DNA of 64,000 nucleotides from an uncultured bacterium. Its GTDB lineage: Bacteria; SAR324; NAC60-12. Location: contig CBFIGY010000007.1 in NCBI GenBank assembly GCA_965662235.1, positions 41,538 through 105,537 of the forward strand. Reading direction: 5' to 3'. This document shows, piece after piece, positions 19,498-29,630 of this stretch. The position numbers were made by a program, and so were the translations under genes. Under the pieces are notes generated by a model. It did not search any database, was not told the origin of the DNA, and worked only from the letters and a program-made list of their open reading frames with translations. How positions within the stretch are numbered: position 1 is the stretch's first letter; every line of letters starts with the position of its first letter.

Positions 19498-21392
19498 CCT
19501 TGTCACGCCTTAGCGTTCTCTTGCTGGCGGTCCTGCTCCTAGCAGGATGCTCCACTTCTTCCGGACTGCCGGAACTTCCTCCCACGGCCCCTGAACAGGA
19601 TCGTTTCATCCGCGAACAGCAAGCGGCGTTGGAAGCCGATCCGAATGACGCCACCGCTCACTTCAACCTGGCCCGGATCTACTACCAGCAGCAGCTGTAT
19701 CCAGAGGCTGAGCAGGCGGTGCGGCAGGCGTCTCGCTTGGATCCGTTGAATCCGGACTATGCGGAACTACGGGGAAGCCTGGCGTTGGCCCGGCGTCAGT
19801 ATCCGGAGGCGATCAAGGAATTCTCGAACGCCCAGCGTCTGGATCCGGAACGCATCTCCGTTTACCTCAAGCTGGCAACAGCGTATGAGCAGGTCCGGGA
19901 CTACAGCCTTGGGATCGCGTCGCTGGAAGAGGCGTTGCAGCGGGAGCCTCAGTATGTGGAGGCGTTGTTTCTGCTGGCGCGGTTGCAGCTCAAGCAGAGT
20001 GACTACGAAGGCGCCAAGCGGGCCGTCAATTCCCTGCTGCTGCTTGAGCCTGGAAACTATGAGGCCAAGCTCCTGCGCATCCGGATTTACATGGCACAGG
20101 GCAGTTACTACTATGCTCAGACCCTGGCGCTGGAGCTCCGCAACAGTCACCCGGAGAGTCGTGAGGTGCCCCGGCTGCTGCTGCACCTGGAGTTCTTGCG
20201 GCAACGCTGGCCTGAGGCGCTCAACCTGCTAGATGAAATTGAACAGCGGCGCCCGCTGGAGCTGGAAGAACGGGTGCTGCAGGCGCTGGTGCTTTTGCAA
20301 CTGGGACAGGTGGATTCGGTGGAACCGCTGCTGACCGAGATGCTGCAGGCGGCTCCAGCAAATGTGGATGTGCTCATGGCCCACGCGGTTCTGAAGCTGC
20401 GGCGAGGACAGCTCCGAGACGCCTTGGAGTGGCTCCGGAGGGTGCTGGAGGTGGACTCCTCCATGACGCGAGCGCACTTCCTTAAGGCGGCGTTGCTGTT
20501 TCGGTTGGGAGACTTCCTTCAGGGAGATCTGGCCCTCAAGCAAGCTCTGAGACTGGAGCCCAACAACCTTTCTGCACAGGTCCTGCAGCTGCAGCGGCAG
20601 CTGATGCAAGGACAGATCACCGCCGTAGGCACCAAGCTGACTGCGCTCCGGGAGCAGAATCCGCTGCAGGTGGAGTTGCTGCACCTCCAGGCCCTCTGGC
20701 ACGAGGCGCAGGGGCAGTTTGCCGAGGCCCAGGCGTTTCTGCAACAAGCCCTGCAGGGCGACGATTCGGAACTGCTGCGCTTTGAGCTGGCCCGGGTGTA
20801 CTACCTTCAGGGCAAGCCGGCGCTGGCGTTGCCGCTCACTGAAACCCTCCGGAGCGAACGGGGTGACAGCTGGGAGGTCCTGTACCTCCATTCGCTGGTG
20901 CTCACCCGGTTGGACCGAAGCCAGGAGGCCGAACAGTTCATCCGCCCCTTCCTGAACCGTCCGGAGTCATTGGGATACGCCCACCGACTGCTGGGAGACC
21001 TGTTCCGGTATCAGGGACAGGAAGACGCGGCGCAGAAGGTGCTGCGTGAGGGGTTGGACCGGTTTCCGCTGAACCTGTACCTTGTGGAAGGGCTCAGTGA
21101 CTCCTATGCGAGCACCGGAAAGTGGGAGGAGCTCCGGAGCCTCTTGGAAATTTCCTTTGCCCGCCAGCGTCCGCAGGGACCGCTGCGCCTCCTCCTCCTC
21201 GACCGTCTGACCCGAGCCTACTGGGCGCTGGATGAAGTAGCACTCGCCCAAGAGGCCCTGAGGCGCTATCATGCTGAATCAGACCCATTGACGGCGACTC
21301 CGAGCTTCTTGCTGGAGGATCCGGCTCTTTTTCCGGTGATGCTGCCCGCTTTTGATCGAGAGTGGGACACCACCCTAGCTTCGATGCGTTAA
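19458..21392 (+). CDS. TPR-repeat lipoprotein
   Basis: Lipobox LLLAG-C; many TPRs (AHFNLARIYY..., ALRLEPNN). Start uncertain. Confidence 0.85.
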   Translation: MVAGLEPVSLKPLALSRLSVLLLAVLLLAGCSTSSGLPELPPTAPEQDRFIREQQAALEADPNDATAHFNLARIYYQQQLYPEAEQAVRQASRLDPLNPDYAELRGSLALARRQYPEAIKEFSNAQRLDPERISVYLKLATAYEQVRDYSLGIASLEEALQREPQYVEALFLLARLQLKQSDYEGAKRAVNSLLLLEPGNYEAKLLRIRIYMAQGSYYYAQTLALELRNSHPESREVPRLLLHLEFLRQRWPEALNLLDEIEQRRPLELEERVLQALVLLQLGQVDSVEPLLTEMLQAAPANVDVLMAHAVLKLRRGQLRDALEWLRRVLEVDSSMTRAHFLKAALLFRLGDFLQGDLALKQALRLEPNNLSAQVLQLQRQLMQGQITAVGTKLTALREQNPLQVELLHLQALWHEAQGQFAEAQAFLQQALQGDDSELLRFELARVYYLQGKPALALPLTETLRSERGDSWEVLYLHSLVLTRLDRSQEAEQFIRPFLNRPESLGYAHRLLGDLFRYQGQEDAAQKVLREGLDRFPLNLYLVEGLSDSYASTGKWEELRSLLEISFARQRPQGPLRLLLLDRLTRAYWALDEVALAQEALRRYHAESDPLTATPSFLLEDPALFPVMLPAFDREWDTTLASMR

Positions 21393-21455
21393 AGAAGGGT
21401 GATTGCTTGATCCCGCGCATCGTCAACCCTTCGACTACCTCCTGACAACCGTTCC

Positions 21456-24400
21456 ATGAGCACCACCAGCAAACGCAAGGGCAAGCAGCTCAACTCTGCG
21501 TTCCGTATTGCCGAAGCCATGTCCCACGACCTCGCCATGAAGGGGCCGACCCACGACGTCTTGGACGATGCAGGGGTGCAGGGCTTGATTGAGCCCACGG
21601 AAGTGCGAAAGCGCATCAAGGAACTGCGCCACCTGGATGTGGATTCCTACATTCAACGAGTGGTGATGCCTTCGGAGAACCAGAAGCGTCCGAGCACCCC
21701 GGAAGTGATCAAGCAGCTGGGAGGAACCCTGATCGCGGAGGAGTCAGAGGGACCGTATTACGCAGCTGAGCTGGAGTTTGAGCTCTCTGGGCAGCTGCGG
21801 CGGGTGGGCTTCATTGCGCAGAACCACAAGGCACAAAACGGCGTCTGGCAGCCCATGCACCACCGGAAGGCTGCAGAGAAGGTCCGCTTCTATGCGTCGC
21901 ACGGCATGCCGCTGGTGACGTTCATTGACACCCCGGGAGCGGCGGCTGATGCTGATGCGAACCTGCAGAATCAGGCCCACAGCATCTCCTTCTTCATCTC
22001 CGAAATGGCCAACGTGCAGGTTCCGGTGGTCGGGGTAGTGTATGGCTGTGGTTACAGCGGAGGCGCCATTCCCCTGGCGACAGCGAACGTGCTGCTGTCC
22101 ACCCGTGAGGGGGTGTTCAACACCATTCACCCCAAGGGGCTGGCGAACATTGCCCGCAAGTACAACCTGTCGTGGCAGGAGTCGGCCAAGTACATTGGCG
22201 TGTCGTCCTATGAGCTGATGGAGCAGGGGTACTTTGACGGCATTGTCGACTATGCCTTTGATACGCCGCACAAGATTGCCAACCTCAAGAGCGCCATCCT
22301 CAGCGCCATTGAGGTCACTGAAGACAACGCCCGGAGCTTCCTGCGGGTCAACGACTTCTTCTTTGATCACTACCGGGAGAGCATCAACCACTACCTCAAC
22401 CCGTCTGAGCTGCTCATTGAAGCCAACCGCCGGACGGACCGCTCTCCAACCGGAACGCTGAACGTCTTTGGGGACGTCTACCGCTTCCTCCGAACCCTGA
22501 AGATGCGCCGACGCATCAGCAGTCGTTCGGTGCACCAGTACTCCCGTCTCAGCAACCGCCAGGCCCCAACCGGGCGACTGCAGGAGCGTCTGAACGAGGA
22601 GCGTCAGGAGAAGTTCAACCGCTGGCTGGAAGCGCCTCTGGAGATCCGGTATCACGAGGCGCTCAACAAGCGGTTTCAGAACTACCAGAGCGCCCGGGAG
22701 GACCGGGACAAGGAACGTGGACGCTTTGCGACGTTCTTCATGGGAGACCCGCGGGAGAACTTTCAGAAGGCGCTGGAGGAGCTGACGAGCGAGATCCTGC
22801 TTTACCTCTACAACTTCTGGAAGGACAGCAGCATCGACAATCTGGTGGCGCTCCGGGACCATCTGGAAAGCAGCGCCTGGCGAGATGTGTCGGCTGACAA
22901 CATCAACCTCCTGCAGCTGATGCTGGAGCCTGAGGTTTGCCAGCATCTGCTCAACAGCCTGCCCAACATCATCCTCTTTGACCTCCTTTACGACCAGATC
23001 ATTGAGGGGCTGCCCAGCATTGCTCATGAGCTCAAGGGCGCGAACCTGATTTCTCAAGAATCCGTGGAACGTCTTTTTGAGAAGGCGTTTGAAGGGGCCA
23101 TGAAGGAGTTTGAGCGCCGGAACCTTCAGGTTGACAATGCGAAGGCCCGAGAAGGCTTCTTCCAGTGGCTGGCCCGCTTCATTGCGCAGAAGAACGTGGA
23201 TGACGTCATGGCGACCATCAGCGCTTGGAAGCGCATCGTCTTCCCGCGCATGAGTCCGCCGCTCTTTGGCGTGGTCCGCTACTACTTTTCTGGGCTGCTG
23301 CCATCGCTTTACGCCGCGCAGCGTGGCACCGGAAAGTTCAACGGCAAGATCACTCCCCGGAACATTGGCATCAAGGACTTCTGGAACCGCCTGGATCAGG
23401 CCTACAAGGACCTGTTGATCCAGAACCTGCTCCGCGAGTACAAGCGTCAGACGATCACGGCTCAGGAGGTGGTGGACCGCTTCTTCACCAACTTTGAGGA
23501 GCTTTATGACGACCTGATTACGGCGAATCCGGTGCAGTTCCCTGGGTTCCGGGATGCCATTGAGAAGGCGCTGGAGCGGAACATCACCCCCTGTGGTCTG
23601 GTCACAGGGCTGGCACAGTTCCAGTCCAAGCTTCCCGATGGCTCAGAGCAGAAATTCCGGGTGGGCCTGGCGGTGAGCAACTCCGACTTTCAGGCGGGGG
23701 CCTTTGACATGGCGAGCTGCGAGAAGATGTGCCGTCTGTTGGACGACTGTGCCCGGCTGAAGCTACCGCTGATTCTGTTTGTGTCCTCAGCAGGAATGCA
23801 GACCAAGGAAGGCGCCGGGTCGCTTTTCTCCATGGCAATTGTCAATGACCGGATCACCCGCTTCGTCAAAGATTTTGACCTGCCGGTGATCTGCTTTGGC
23901 TTCCGGGACTGCACCGGAGGCGCACAGGCCAGCTTTGTGACTCACCTGCTGGCCCGGACCTACTACCTCTCCGGCGCACAGATCCCCTTTGCTGGACAGC
24001 TGGTGGTTGAAAGTCACCTCCCGGCTCAGGCGACCCTGTCCAACTACCTTTCCAAGAACAACGCGACCATGGACGGCTTGGTCACGAATCCGTTTGACGT
24101 GGACATTGATGAGAAGCTGCAGGCGATTGATCCGGAGCTGCCGACCCCGCAGTACACCGTTGAGGAAATCCTCTCTCGTGTGCTGTCAGGTGAGTACCAG
24201 CTGCGCATCAACGGCGAGGAGCTTCCGGAGGAAGGCCTGTCTCGAGAAAGCCTCAACGAAGGTCCGATTCAGCGGGTGCTGATTCATGCACGTGGGTGCA
24301 CCTCGGTCCGACTGATCAAGGCCGCGCAAGACAGCAACCGCGAGGTGATTCTGGTCGCTTCGGATCCGGACATGGAGAGCTACGCCGCTCAGCTGCTCCG

Positions 24401-26009
24401 GGAGAACGACCGGCTGGTCTGCATTGGTGGAAACACGCCTCAGGAAAGTTACCTCAACGCCATGAGCGTCATCCGGGTGGCTGAACAGGAAGAGGCCGAT
24501 GCGATTCACCCGGGGATTGGCTTCCTCTCCGAGTCTCCGTGGTACGCCCGGATTTGCCGGGAGCACGGGTTCAATTTCATTGGTCCACGGGCATCGAACA
24601 TGGACCTGATGGGGAACAAGTCCAATGCGATCTCGACCGCGAAGAGCCTCAACATCCCTGTGGTTCCAGGAAGCGAAGGGGCGTTGACGGATCCGGTGAT
24701 GGCCCTTGCTGTGGCCGAGGAAATTGGCTTTCCGGTGCTGATCAAGGCAACCCACGGTGGCGGCGGAAAGGGCATCAGCGTGGTGGAAGAATCCAAGCAG
24801 TTTGTCTCCACCTTCACCCGTATGTCGCAGGAAGCCCTGAGCGCATTTGGAAGCGGGGACCTCTACCTGGAAAAGTTCATTGGGTCCATGCGGCACCTGG
24901 AGGTGCAGGTCATGCGTGACCAGCACGGACACGCCCACCTGTTGGGCGTCCGGGACTGTTCGGTGCAGCGGAATTATCAGAAGCTGGTGGAGGAGTCCGC
25001 TTTTGAGCTGCCGAAGAAGATCAAGGATCAGCTGCTCCTGCACTCCCGTCGTCTGATCGACGAGATGGACTACATTGGCGCCGGGACCGTTGAGTTCATT
25101 TATGACCTCGACAACCAGACCATCTACTTCATGGAGATGAACACGCGCCTGCAGGTGGAGCATCCGGTAACCGAAATGACAAGCGGGGTGGACCTGGTGC
25201 AGCAGCAGTTTGCCGTTGCCGAGGGGGCCAACCTGAAGGACCTCAAGTTCAAGGACAGTGGCCACGCCATTGAGCTGCGGATCAATGCGGAGCGCATTGA
25301 GTTGAACGATCGCGGGGCCCTGCGCTTTGTTCCATCTCCCGGAGTGCTTTCGGAGCTGGTGCTTCCAGAAGAAGACCACATCCGGGTGCTGACGGCCGTG
25401 CAGGCTGGTTCGACCGTCACACCGTATTATGATAGCCTGGTGGTCCAGATCATCGGCTGGGGGCCCACGCGTCAGGAGGCGATTGAGCGGCTCATCGGGT
25501 ACCTCAACCGCGTCAAGATTCATGGTGTGCCCACCAACCTGACCCTGAGTCGGATGATTCTGGAGGATCCGGTGTTCCAGAAGGGGACGTTTGACACCAA
25601 GTTCCTCAACGGCTTTTTGGACCGCATCGACCGAGAGGCCCTCATCCGGGAGACCAAGCAGGCATCAGGTGATGCCGGCATTTCTCTGGATCTGGAAGCC
25701 CTCAAACTGGAAGGGGGCGAGCTGAAGGTGCTGTCTCCGCAGATGGGAGGCTTCTACCGGGCGAGCTCGCCTGATGTGCCTCCGCTGGTGGAGGAAGGGC
25801 AGGTCATTGATGTGACTCAGCCTCTGTGCCTGATGGAGTCGATGAAGGTCTTCACGGAACTGAGCCTGGCGTCGTATCAGCATCCGGATGGCTCCCCGGT
25901 CTACCCGAACCAGCGCTACCGCGTCAACCGGGTGCTCGCAAGTGACCGGGAGACGGTCAACCAAGGCGACCTCCTGCTCGTCCTGCAGCCCCTTGGAATC
26001 AGTGATTAG
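21456..26009 (+). CDS. Single-chain multifunctional acetyl/acyl-CoA carboxylase (AccA-AccD-AccC-AccB fusion)
   Basis: CTalpha TFIDTPGA/GYSGGA; CTbeta FQAGAFD/SSAGMQTKEG/CTGGAQASF; BC IHPGIGFLSE/GGGGKG/RDCSVQR/EMNTRLQVEH; biotinyl domain ESMKV. Confidence 0.93.
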   Translation: MSTTSKRKGKQLNSAFRIAEAMSHDLAMKGPTHDVLDDAGVQGLIEPTEVRKRIKELRHLDVDSYIQRVVMPSENQKRPSTPEVIKQLGGTLIAEESEGPYYAAELEFELSGQLRRVGFIAQNHKAQNGVWQPMHHRKAAEKVRFYASHGMPLVTFIDTPGAAADADANLQNQAHSISFFISEMANVQVPVVGVVYGCGYSGGAIPLATANVLLSTREGVFNTIHPKGLANIARKYNLSWQESAKYIGVSSYELMEQGYFDGIVDYAFDTPHKIANLKSAILSAIEVTEDNARSFLRVNDFFFDHYRESINHYLNPSELLIEANRRTDRSPTGTLNVFGDVYRFLRTLKMRRRISSRSVHQYSRLSNRQAPTGRLQERLNEERQEKFNRWLEAPLEIRYHEALNKRFQNYQSAREDRDKERGRFATFFMGDPRENFQKALEELTSEILLYLYNFWKDSSIDNLVALRDHLESSAWRDVSADNINLLQLMLEPEVCQHLLNSLPNIILFDLLYDQIIEGLPSIAHELKGANLISQESVERLFEKAFEGAMKEFERRNLQVDNAKAREGFFQWLARFIAQKNVDDVMATISAWKRIVFPRMSPPLFGVVRYYFSGLLPSLYAAQRGTGKFNGKITPRNIGIKDFWNRLDQAYKDLLIQNLLREYKRQTITAQEVVDRFFTNFEELYDDLITANPVQFPGFRDAIEKALERNITPCGLVTGLAQFQSKLPDGSEQKFRVGLAVSNSDFQAGAFDMASCEKMCRLLDDCARLKLPLILFVSSAGMQTKEGAGSLFSMAIVNDRITRFVKDFDLPVICFGFRDCTGGAQASFVTHLLARTYYLSGAQIPFAGQLVVESHLPAQATLSNYLSKNNATMDGLVTNPFDVDIDEKLQAIDPELPTPQYTVEEILSRVLSGEYQLRINGEELPEEGLSRESLNEGPIQRVLIHARGCTSVRLIKAAQDSNREVILVASDPDMESYAAQLLRENDRLVCIGGNTPQESYLNAMSVIRVAEQEEADAIHPGIGFLSESPWYARICREHGFNFIGPRASNMDLMGNKSNAISTAKSLNIPVVPGSEGALTDPVMALAVAEEIGFPVLIKATHGGGGKGISVVEESKQFVSTFTRMSQEALSAFGSGDLYLEKFIGSMRHLEVQVMRDQHGHAHLLGVRDCSVQRNYQKLVEESAFELPKKIKDQLLLHSRRLIDEMDYIGAGTVEFIYDLDNQTIYFMEMNTRLQVEHPVTEMTSGVDLVQQQFAVAEGANLKDLKFKDSGHAIELRINAERIELNDRGALRFVPSPGVLSELVLPEEDHIRVLTAVQAGSTVTPYYDSLVVQIIGWGPTRQEAIERLIGYLNRVKIHGVPTNLTLSRMILEDPVFQKGTFDTKFLNGFLDRIDREALIRETKQASGDAGISLDLEALKLEGGELKVLSPQMGGFYRASSPDVPPLVEEGQVIDVTQPLCLMESMKVFTELSLASYQHPDGSPVYPNQRYRVNRVLASDRETVNQGDLLLVLQPLGISD

Positions 26010-26050
26010 AACCTGGAGCCTCGGCTCCGTAACCGTGTGATGGAAAACGA

Positions 26051-26434
26051 TTGGAAGCAACACCCTCTTCAGACCCCGTGACTCCTGCGCCAGTGGCAGC
26101 AGACGACCCCATCCTGAACGCCCTTCAGGAGGCAAAGGCGCGGCAGATTGTCCGCTTTGACGTCCGAGATCGGTCCTCCCTGAGCGACTATGTCATTCTC
26201 TGTGAAGGGCGATCACAGGCGCACTGCCGTGGAATTGCTGAGCGCGTTGAGGTGGACCTGAAGCGCACCGGCCTCTACCCTCTGGGCAAAGAAGGCGAGA
26301 AGGATGGCAACTGGATCCTGATTGACTACGCTGAGACCGTGGTGCACATCTTTCATCCGGAAATCCGCAAGTACTACCACCTTGAGGGCCTGCACGAAGG
26401 CTGCCCCACGGAATCCTGGAACGACGAGGACTGA
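26051..26434 (+). CDS. rsfS: Ribosome silencing factor RsfS (iojap)
   Basis: SLSDYVILC, WILIDY, VHIF, RKYYHLE. Confidence 0.93.
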   Translation: MEATPSSDPVTPAPVAADDPILNALQEAKARQIVRFDVRDRSSLSDYVILCEGRSQAHCRGIAERVEVDLKRTGLYPLGKEGEKDGNWILIDYAETVVHIFHPEIRKYYHLEGLHEGCPTESWNDED

Positions 26435-27411
26435 TGGCCCCGGCAACGGTGCTGGCAGAGGCTCCGGATCAAGCCATGTGGAAAGAAGCCCTAGAGCAAC
26501 TGGGGCTGACGTCTCGGTTGCGCTGGGAGGCGCCGTTGCAGCGGCTCAACACGTGGCGCATTGGTGGGCCTGCCACGTGTCTGGTGGATGTGGCCACTAC
26601 AGATGACCTGAGCCGGCTCCTGCCCTTCATTGCCGAACACCGCATTCCCTGGACCCTGCTGGGCAAGGGCTCCAACCTGCTGATCCCGGAAGACGGCTGG
26701 CCTGGAATCGTGGTGCACCTGGCCGGTGACTTCAAGAGTTTGACGCTTGAGCCTGAGACGCGCACGGTGTTTGCAGGAGCAGCACTAGCTGATGTGACCT
26801 TTGCCCAGCGGTGTCAGGAGCCGGGTTGGGGAGGCATGGAGTTTCTGGTGGGCATTCCGGGAACCATCGGGGGCGCTGTGGCAATGAACGCAGGGGCTCA
26901 TGGTGGCGAAGTGGCCGACTTCCTTCAGGAAGCCCACTGGTTTGACCTGTCCGGACGCATTCATCGCACCTCCAGCGCCTCAGCCGGCTTCCGCTACCGC
27001 CACTCGCACCTGAACGGACGAGAGGGGATTGTGGTCACCGGAGCCTCGTTTCAGCTGCAGGAGTCAGACGCAGAAAGCGTTCGGCGACAACTGGAACACT
27101 GCCTGCAGTTCCGGGAGGAGCGCCAGCCGCGTCAGCCCAGCTGCGGCTCCGTCTTCAAGAACCCTCCGGGTGATTATGCCGCCCGCCTCATTGAAGCCAG
27201 TGGCCTCAAGGGCGTCTGCGAGGGGGAAGCTCAGGTCAGCGAAAAGCACGCAAACTTTATCATCAATCGGGGAGCCGCCCACGCGACCGCCGTCGAAGCC
27301 CTGATCGCGCAGGTGCAGGAGCAGGTGCAGGCGCAGCAGGGAGTGTGGCTGGAAACCGAGGTCCAGTGGCTGCAGCCCTTGCCGTTTGAGACGACGCCTC
27401 CAGCGGCCTGA
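26434..27411 (+). CDS. murB: UDP-N-acetylenolpyruvoylglucosamine reductase
   Basis: TWRIGGPA, GKGSNLL, GIPGTIGGAVAMNAGAHG, QPSCGSVFKNP, HANFIIN. Confidence 0.96.
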   Translation: MAPATVLAEAPDQAMWKEALEQLGLTSRLRWEAPLQRLNTWRIGGPATCLVDVATTDDLSRLLPFIAEHRIPWTLLGKGSNLLIPEDGWPGIVVHLAGDFKSLTLEPETRTVFAGAALADVTFAQRCQEPGWGGMEFLVGIPGTIGGAVAMNAGAHGGEVADFLQEAHWFDLSGRIHRTSSASAGFRYRHSHLNGREGIVVTGASFQLQESDAESVRRQLEHCLQFREERQPRQPSCGSVFKNPPGDYAARLIEASGLKGVCEGEAQVSEKHANFIINRGAAHATAVEALIAQVQEQVQAQQGVWLETEVQWLQPLPFETTPPAA

Positions 27412-27471
27412 AGATTCCTGGGCTCCGCCCGTCCTCGGGGACCCTGATCCTTTGCCTGGCCCCTAACATTC

Positions 27472-28413
27472 ATGCAAGACCTCAAGCACCACAGCCACCG
27501 ACGGCAGGCCAAGCTGCCCAAGCGCAAGCGGTCGCAGCCCCGGCTCAAGCGCATGGGACGCCAGCTGATGGCCAGTCCACCCAAGCTGCTGCAGCCCGGA
27601 ACCATGAAGGACGCGTTCCGGTGGCCCCTGCTGTGGAACCTCTTTGCCACCGACAATCCTTACGAGCTCCAGAGCGAGCTGCGACTCCTGCTCCTGCGGG
27701 GAGCCAATGTGCTGCTGATTGGGGTGTGCTTCTGGATTGGCCTGAGCCTGCTGCCGGCGGCACAGGGGTTCTTTGAACAGTCTCCTCAGACGCTCTACAT
27801 CTCCGGAAACCAACTGCTGACCAAGGAACAGGTCCTCACCCGTACTGGGTTGACTCCGGACTCTGCGCTGAGTGACCTGGACCCCATCCTCCTAGGGCAG
27901 CGGCTGCAGCAGCTTCCTGAGGTCAAAACCGTGGAGGTCCGGAGAGAGTTTCCCAACCGCCTGCACCTGCACCTGCAGGAGCATGAACCCGTGGCCATCC
28001 TCCGGACCGAGTCTCGGAGCTTCCTAGTGGATCGACAGCACCGCTTGCTGCAGGTGCGTCCGGCCAATACCTTGGGCTGGCCCATTCTCATCGGCATCCC
28101 TGATACCGGGTGGCAGGCCGGAACCCGCTTGAATTCGTTGATGCTGGAAAATGGGCTGCGCTTTCTGGAAGCCCTGGAAGCGTTCCCGGAACTCAAGGAG
28201 CGGGTGGTGGCGACAGACCTTTCGGACCCGACCAATGTGCAACTGTGGATTCGGAAGGACAACGGACAGATGACAACGGCTCGGTTTGGCACCGACGCTT
28301 TTCCAGAGCGGCTCAAGCGTTTTGCCGACGTGTACCACCAGGTGCTGGAGCAGCACCCAACGGCACAGTGGCTGGACCTCCGCTTTTCAGATCGGATTCT
28401 GGCAGGAAACTGA
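27472..28413 (+). CDS. ftsQ: Cell division protein FtsQ/DivIB (TM + POTRA)
   Basis: Basic N-tail, single TM, ISGNQLL, VRREFPNRLHL, C-terminal LDLRFSDRI; follows murB. Confidence 0.85.
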   Translation: MQDLKHHSHRRQAKLPKRKRSQPRLKRMGRQLMASPPKLLQPGTMKDAFRWPLLWNLFATDNPYELQSELRLLLLRGANVLLIGVCFWIGLSLLPAAQGFFEQSPQTLYISGNQLLTKEQVLTRTGLTPDSALSDLDPILLGQRLQQLPEVKTVEVRREFPNRLHLHLQEHEPVAILRTESRSFLVDRQHRLLQVRPANTLGWPILIGIPDTGWQAGTRLNSLMLENGLRFLEALEAFPELKERVVATDLSDPTNVQLWIRKDNGQMTTARFGTDAFPERLKRFADVYHQVLEQHPTAQWLDLRFSDRILAGN

Positions 28414-28415
28414 GT

Positions 28416-28895
28416 TCAGGGCGCGTGGAAGTCTCCGGACTTGCCTCCTGTTTTGGAGCGAAGCCGGACGGATTCAATCACCATTCCCTTGGTGATGGAC
28501 TTGCACATGTCATAAAGCGTCAGGGCCGCCGCACTGGCCGCCGTTAACGCTTCCATCTCCACACCCGTCGGTCCCGTGGTCCGGGCTTCTGCGGTGATCA
28601 CCGCAACCTCCCCCTCCAAGACAATGGTCACCTCCACCCCAGACAGGGCAATCGGGTGGCACATCGGAATCCAGTCAGCAGTCCGCTTGGCGCCTTGAAT
28701 GCCTGCGATGATGGCGGTTTGGAAGACGGGGCCCTTCTTGGTGCTTCCGGTGTCGCGAAGCTGCTCGGCAAGGACTGAGCCCAGCTGGACACGAGCTTCG
28801 GCAACGGCTGTCCGGGCGGTATCGGCTTTCTCAGAAATGTCCACCATGCGGGGCGTGTCTTGGTCGCCGAGGTGGGTGAAGGTCGGGGTGGTCAT
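28416..28895 (-). CDS. moaC: Cyclic pyranopterin monophosphate synthase
   Basis: MVDISEK, IPMCHPI, TGVEMEAL, YDMCK, KTGGKSG; ATG overlaps the upstream stop. Confidence 0.97.
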   Translation of the reverse strand: MTTPTFTHLGDQDTPRMVDISEKADTARTAVAEARVQLGSVLAEQLRDTGSTKKGPVFQTAIIAGIQGAKRTADWIPMCHPIALSGVEVTIVLEGEVAVITAEARTTGPTGVEMEALTAASAAALTLYDMCKSITKGMVIESVRLRSKTGGKSGDFHAP

Positions 28896-29605
28896 CGAAT
28901 GGGTCGGTTGAGGTAGGAGTCTAGGGGCAGCCACTCTTGGTCGATCAGGACCTCGGCAGGCCGGTAGTCGGCCTTGTAGCGCATTTTTTCCGAGTCTTCC
29001 ACCCAGTACCCCATGTAAAGCCACGATAGGCCGAGCTGCTGGCAGTAGTTGAGTTCGGCGAGCACGGAAAACACCCCCAGACGCCGATTGGCATGGTCTG
29101 GATTGAAGGCAAAGTAGACGGAGCTGAGCGCGTTCTCTGCTCGGTCCACCCAGCCCAGTCCAAGCAACTCCCCATGAAGGCGGTAGCACATGATCTCCGT
29201 CTCCATGGGACTCCGGATGAGGAACTCGTAGTAGTCCTCTGGTTCCACCTGAGAGTGGTGCCAGGATTCCTGATAACGCTGGTAGAGTTGGAAGTGTTCC
29301 TGTTCAAAGCGCAATGGCTGTACCTGCACCTGAAGGTCCAGGTTCTTCCGCAGGGTCCGGCGTTGGCTCTTGGAGGGGGTAAACTGGTTCGCGTTGATGC
29401 GGAGGGGAATGCAGCGCTGGCATCCGGGACACGCTGGGTGGTAGATGGAGCACCCGCTCCGGCGGAACCCCTGGTCCATCAGGTTCTGGTAGGCGCGCGC
29501 AGAGATGCTTTCGGTGTGGAACGAGAGGTTCCGCCAGATGCCCGTGTCACGATACGGACAGGGGCCGTTGTTGGTTTGGTAAAGCTGAATGCGACTGCGG
29601 CCCAT
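28892..29605 (-). CDS. bpt: Ate/Bpt family aminoacyl-tRNA--protein transferase (bacterial Asp/Glu-specific leucyltransferase)
   Basis: CPY, GFRRSG..IYHP.C..C..CIPLR, PSKSQRR, LSSVY, YMGYWV...KMRYK. Confidence 0.9.
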   Translation of the reverse strand: MGRSRIQLYQTNNGPCPYRDTGIWRNLSFHTESISARAYQNLMDQGFRRSGCSIYHPACPGCQRCIPLRINANQFTPSKSQRRTLRKNLDLQVQVQPLRFEQEHFQLYQRYQESWHHSQVEPEDYYEFLIRSPMETEIMCYRLHGELLGLGWVDRAENALSSVYFAFNPDHANRRLGVFSVLAELNYCQQLGLSWLYMGYWVEDSEKMRYKADYRPAEVLIDQEWLPLDSYLNRPIR

Positions 29606-29630
29606 GGTGCTGTGTCTTAATTCGTACGCA

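Noticed and set aside
28896..29189. N-terminal extensions given by the ORF track (moaC; also MATE, tesA, ftsZ, secA, gshB, dctM, DUF3445)
   Set aside because: The extensions overlap neighbouring genes or promoters; downstream starts with an RBS or stop-start coupling fit the families better.
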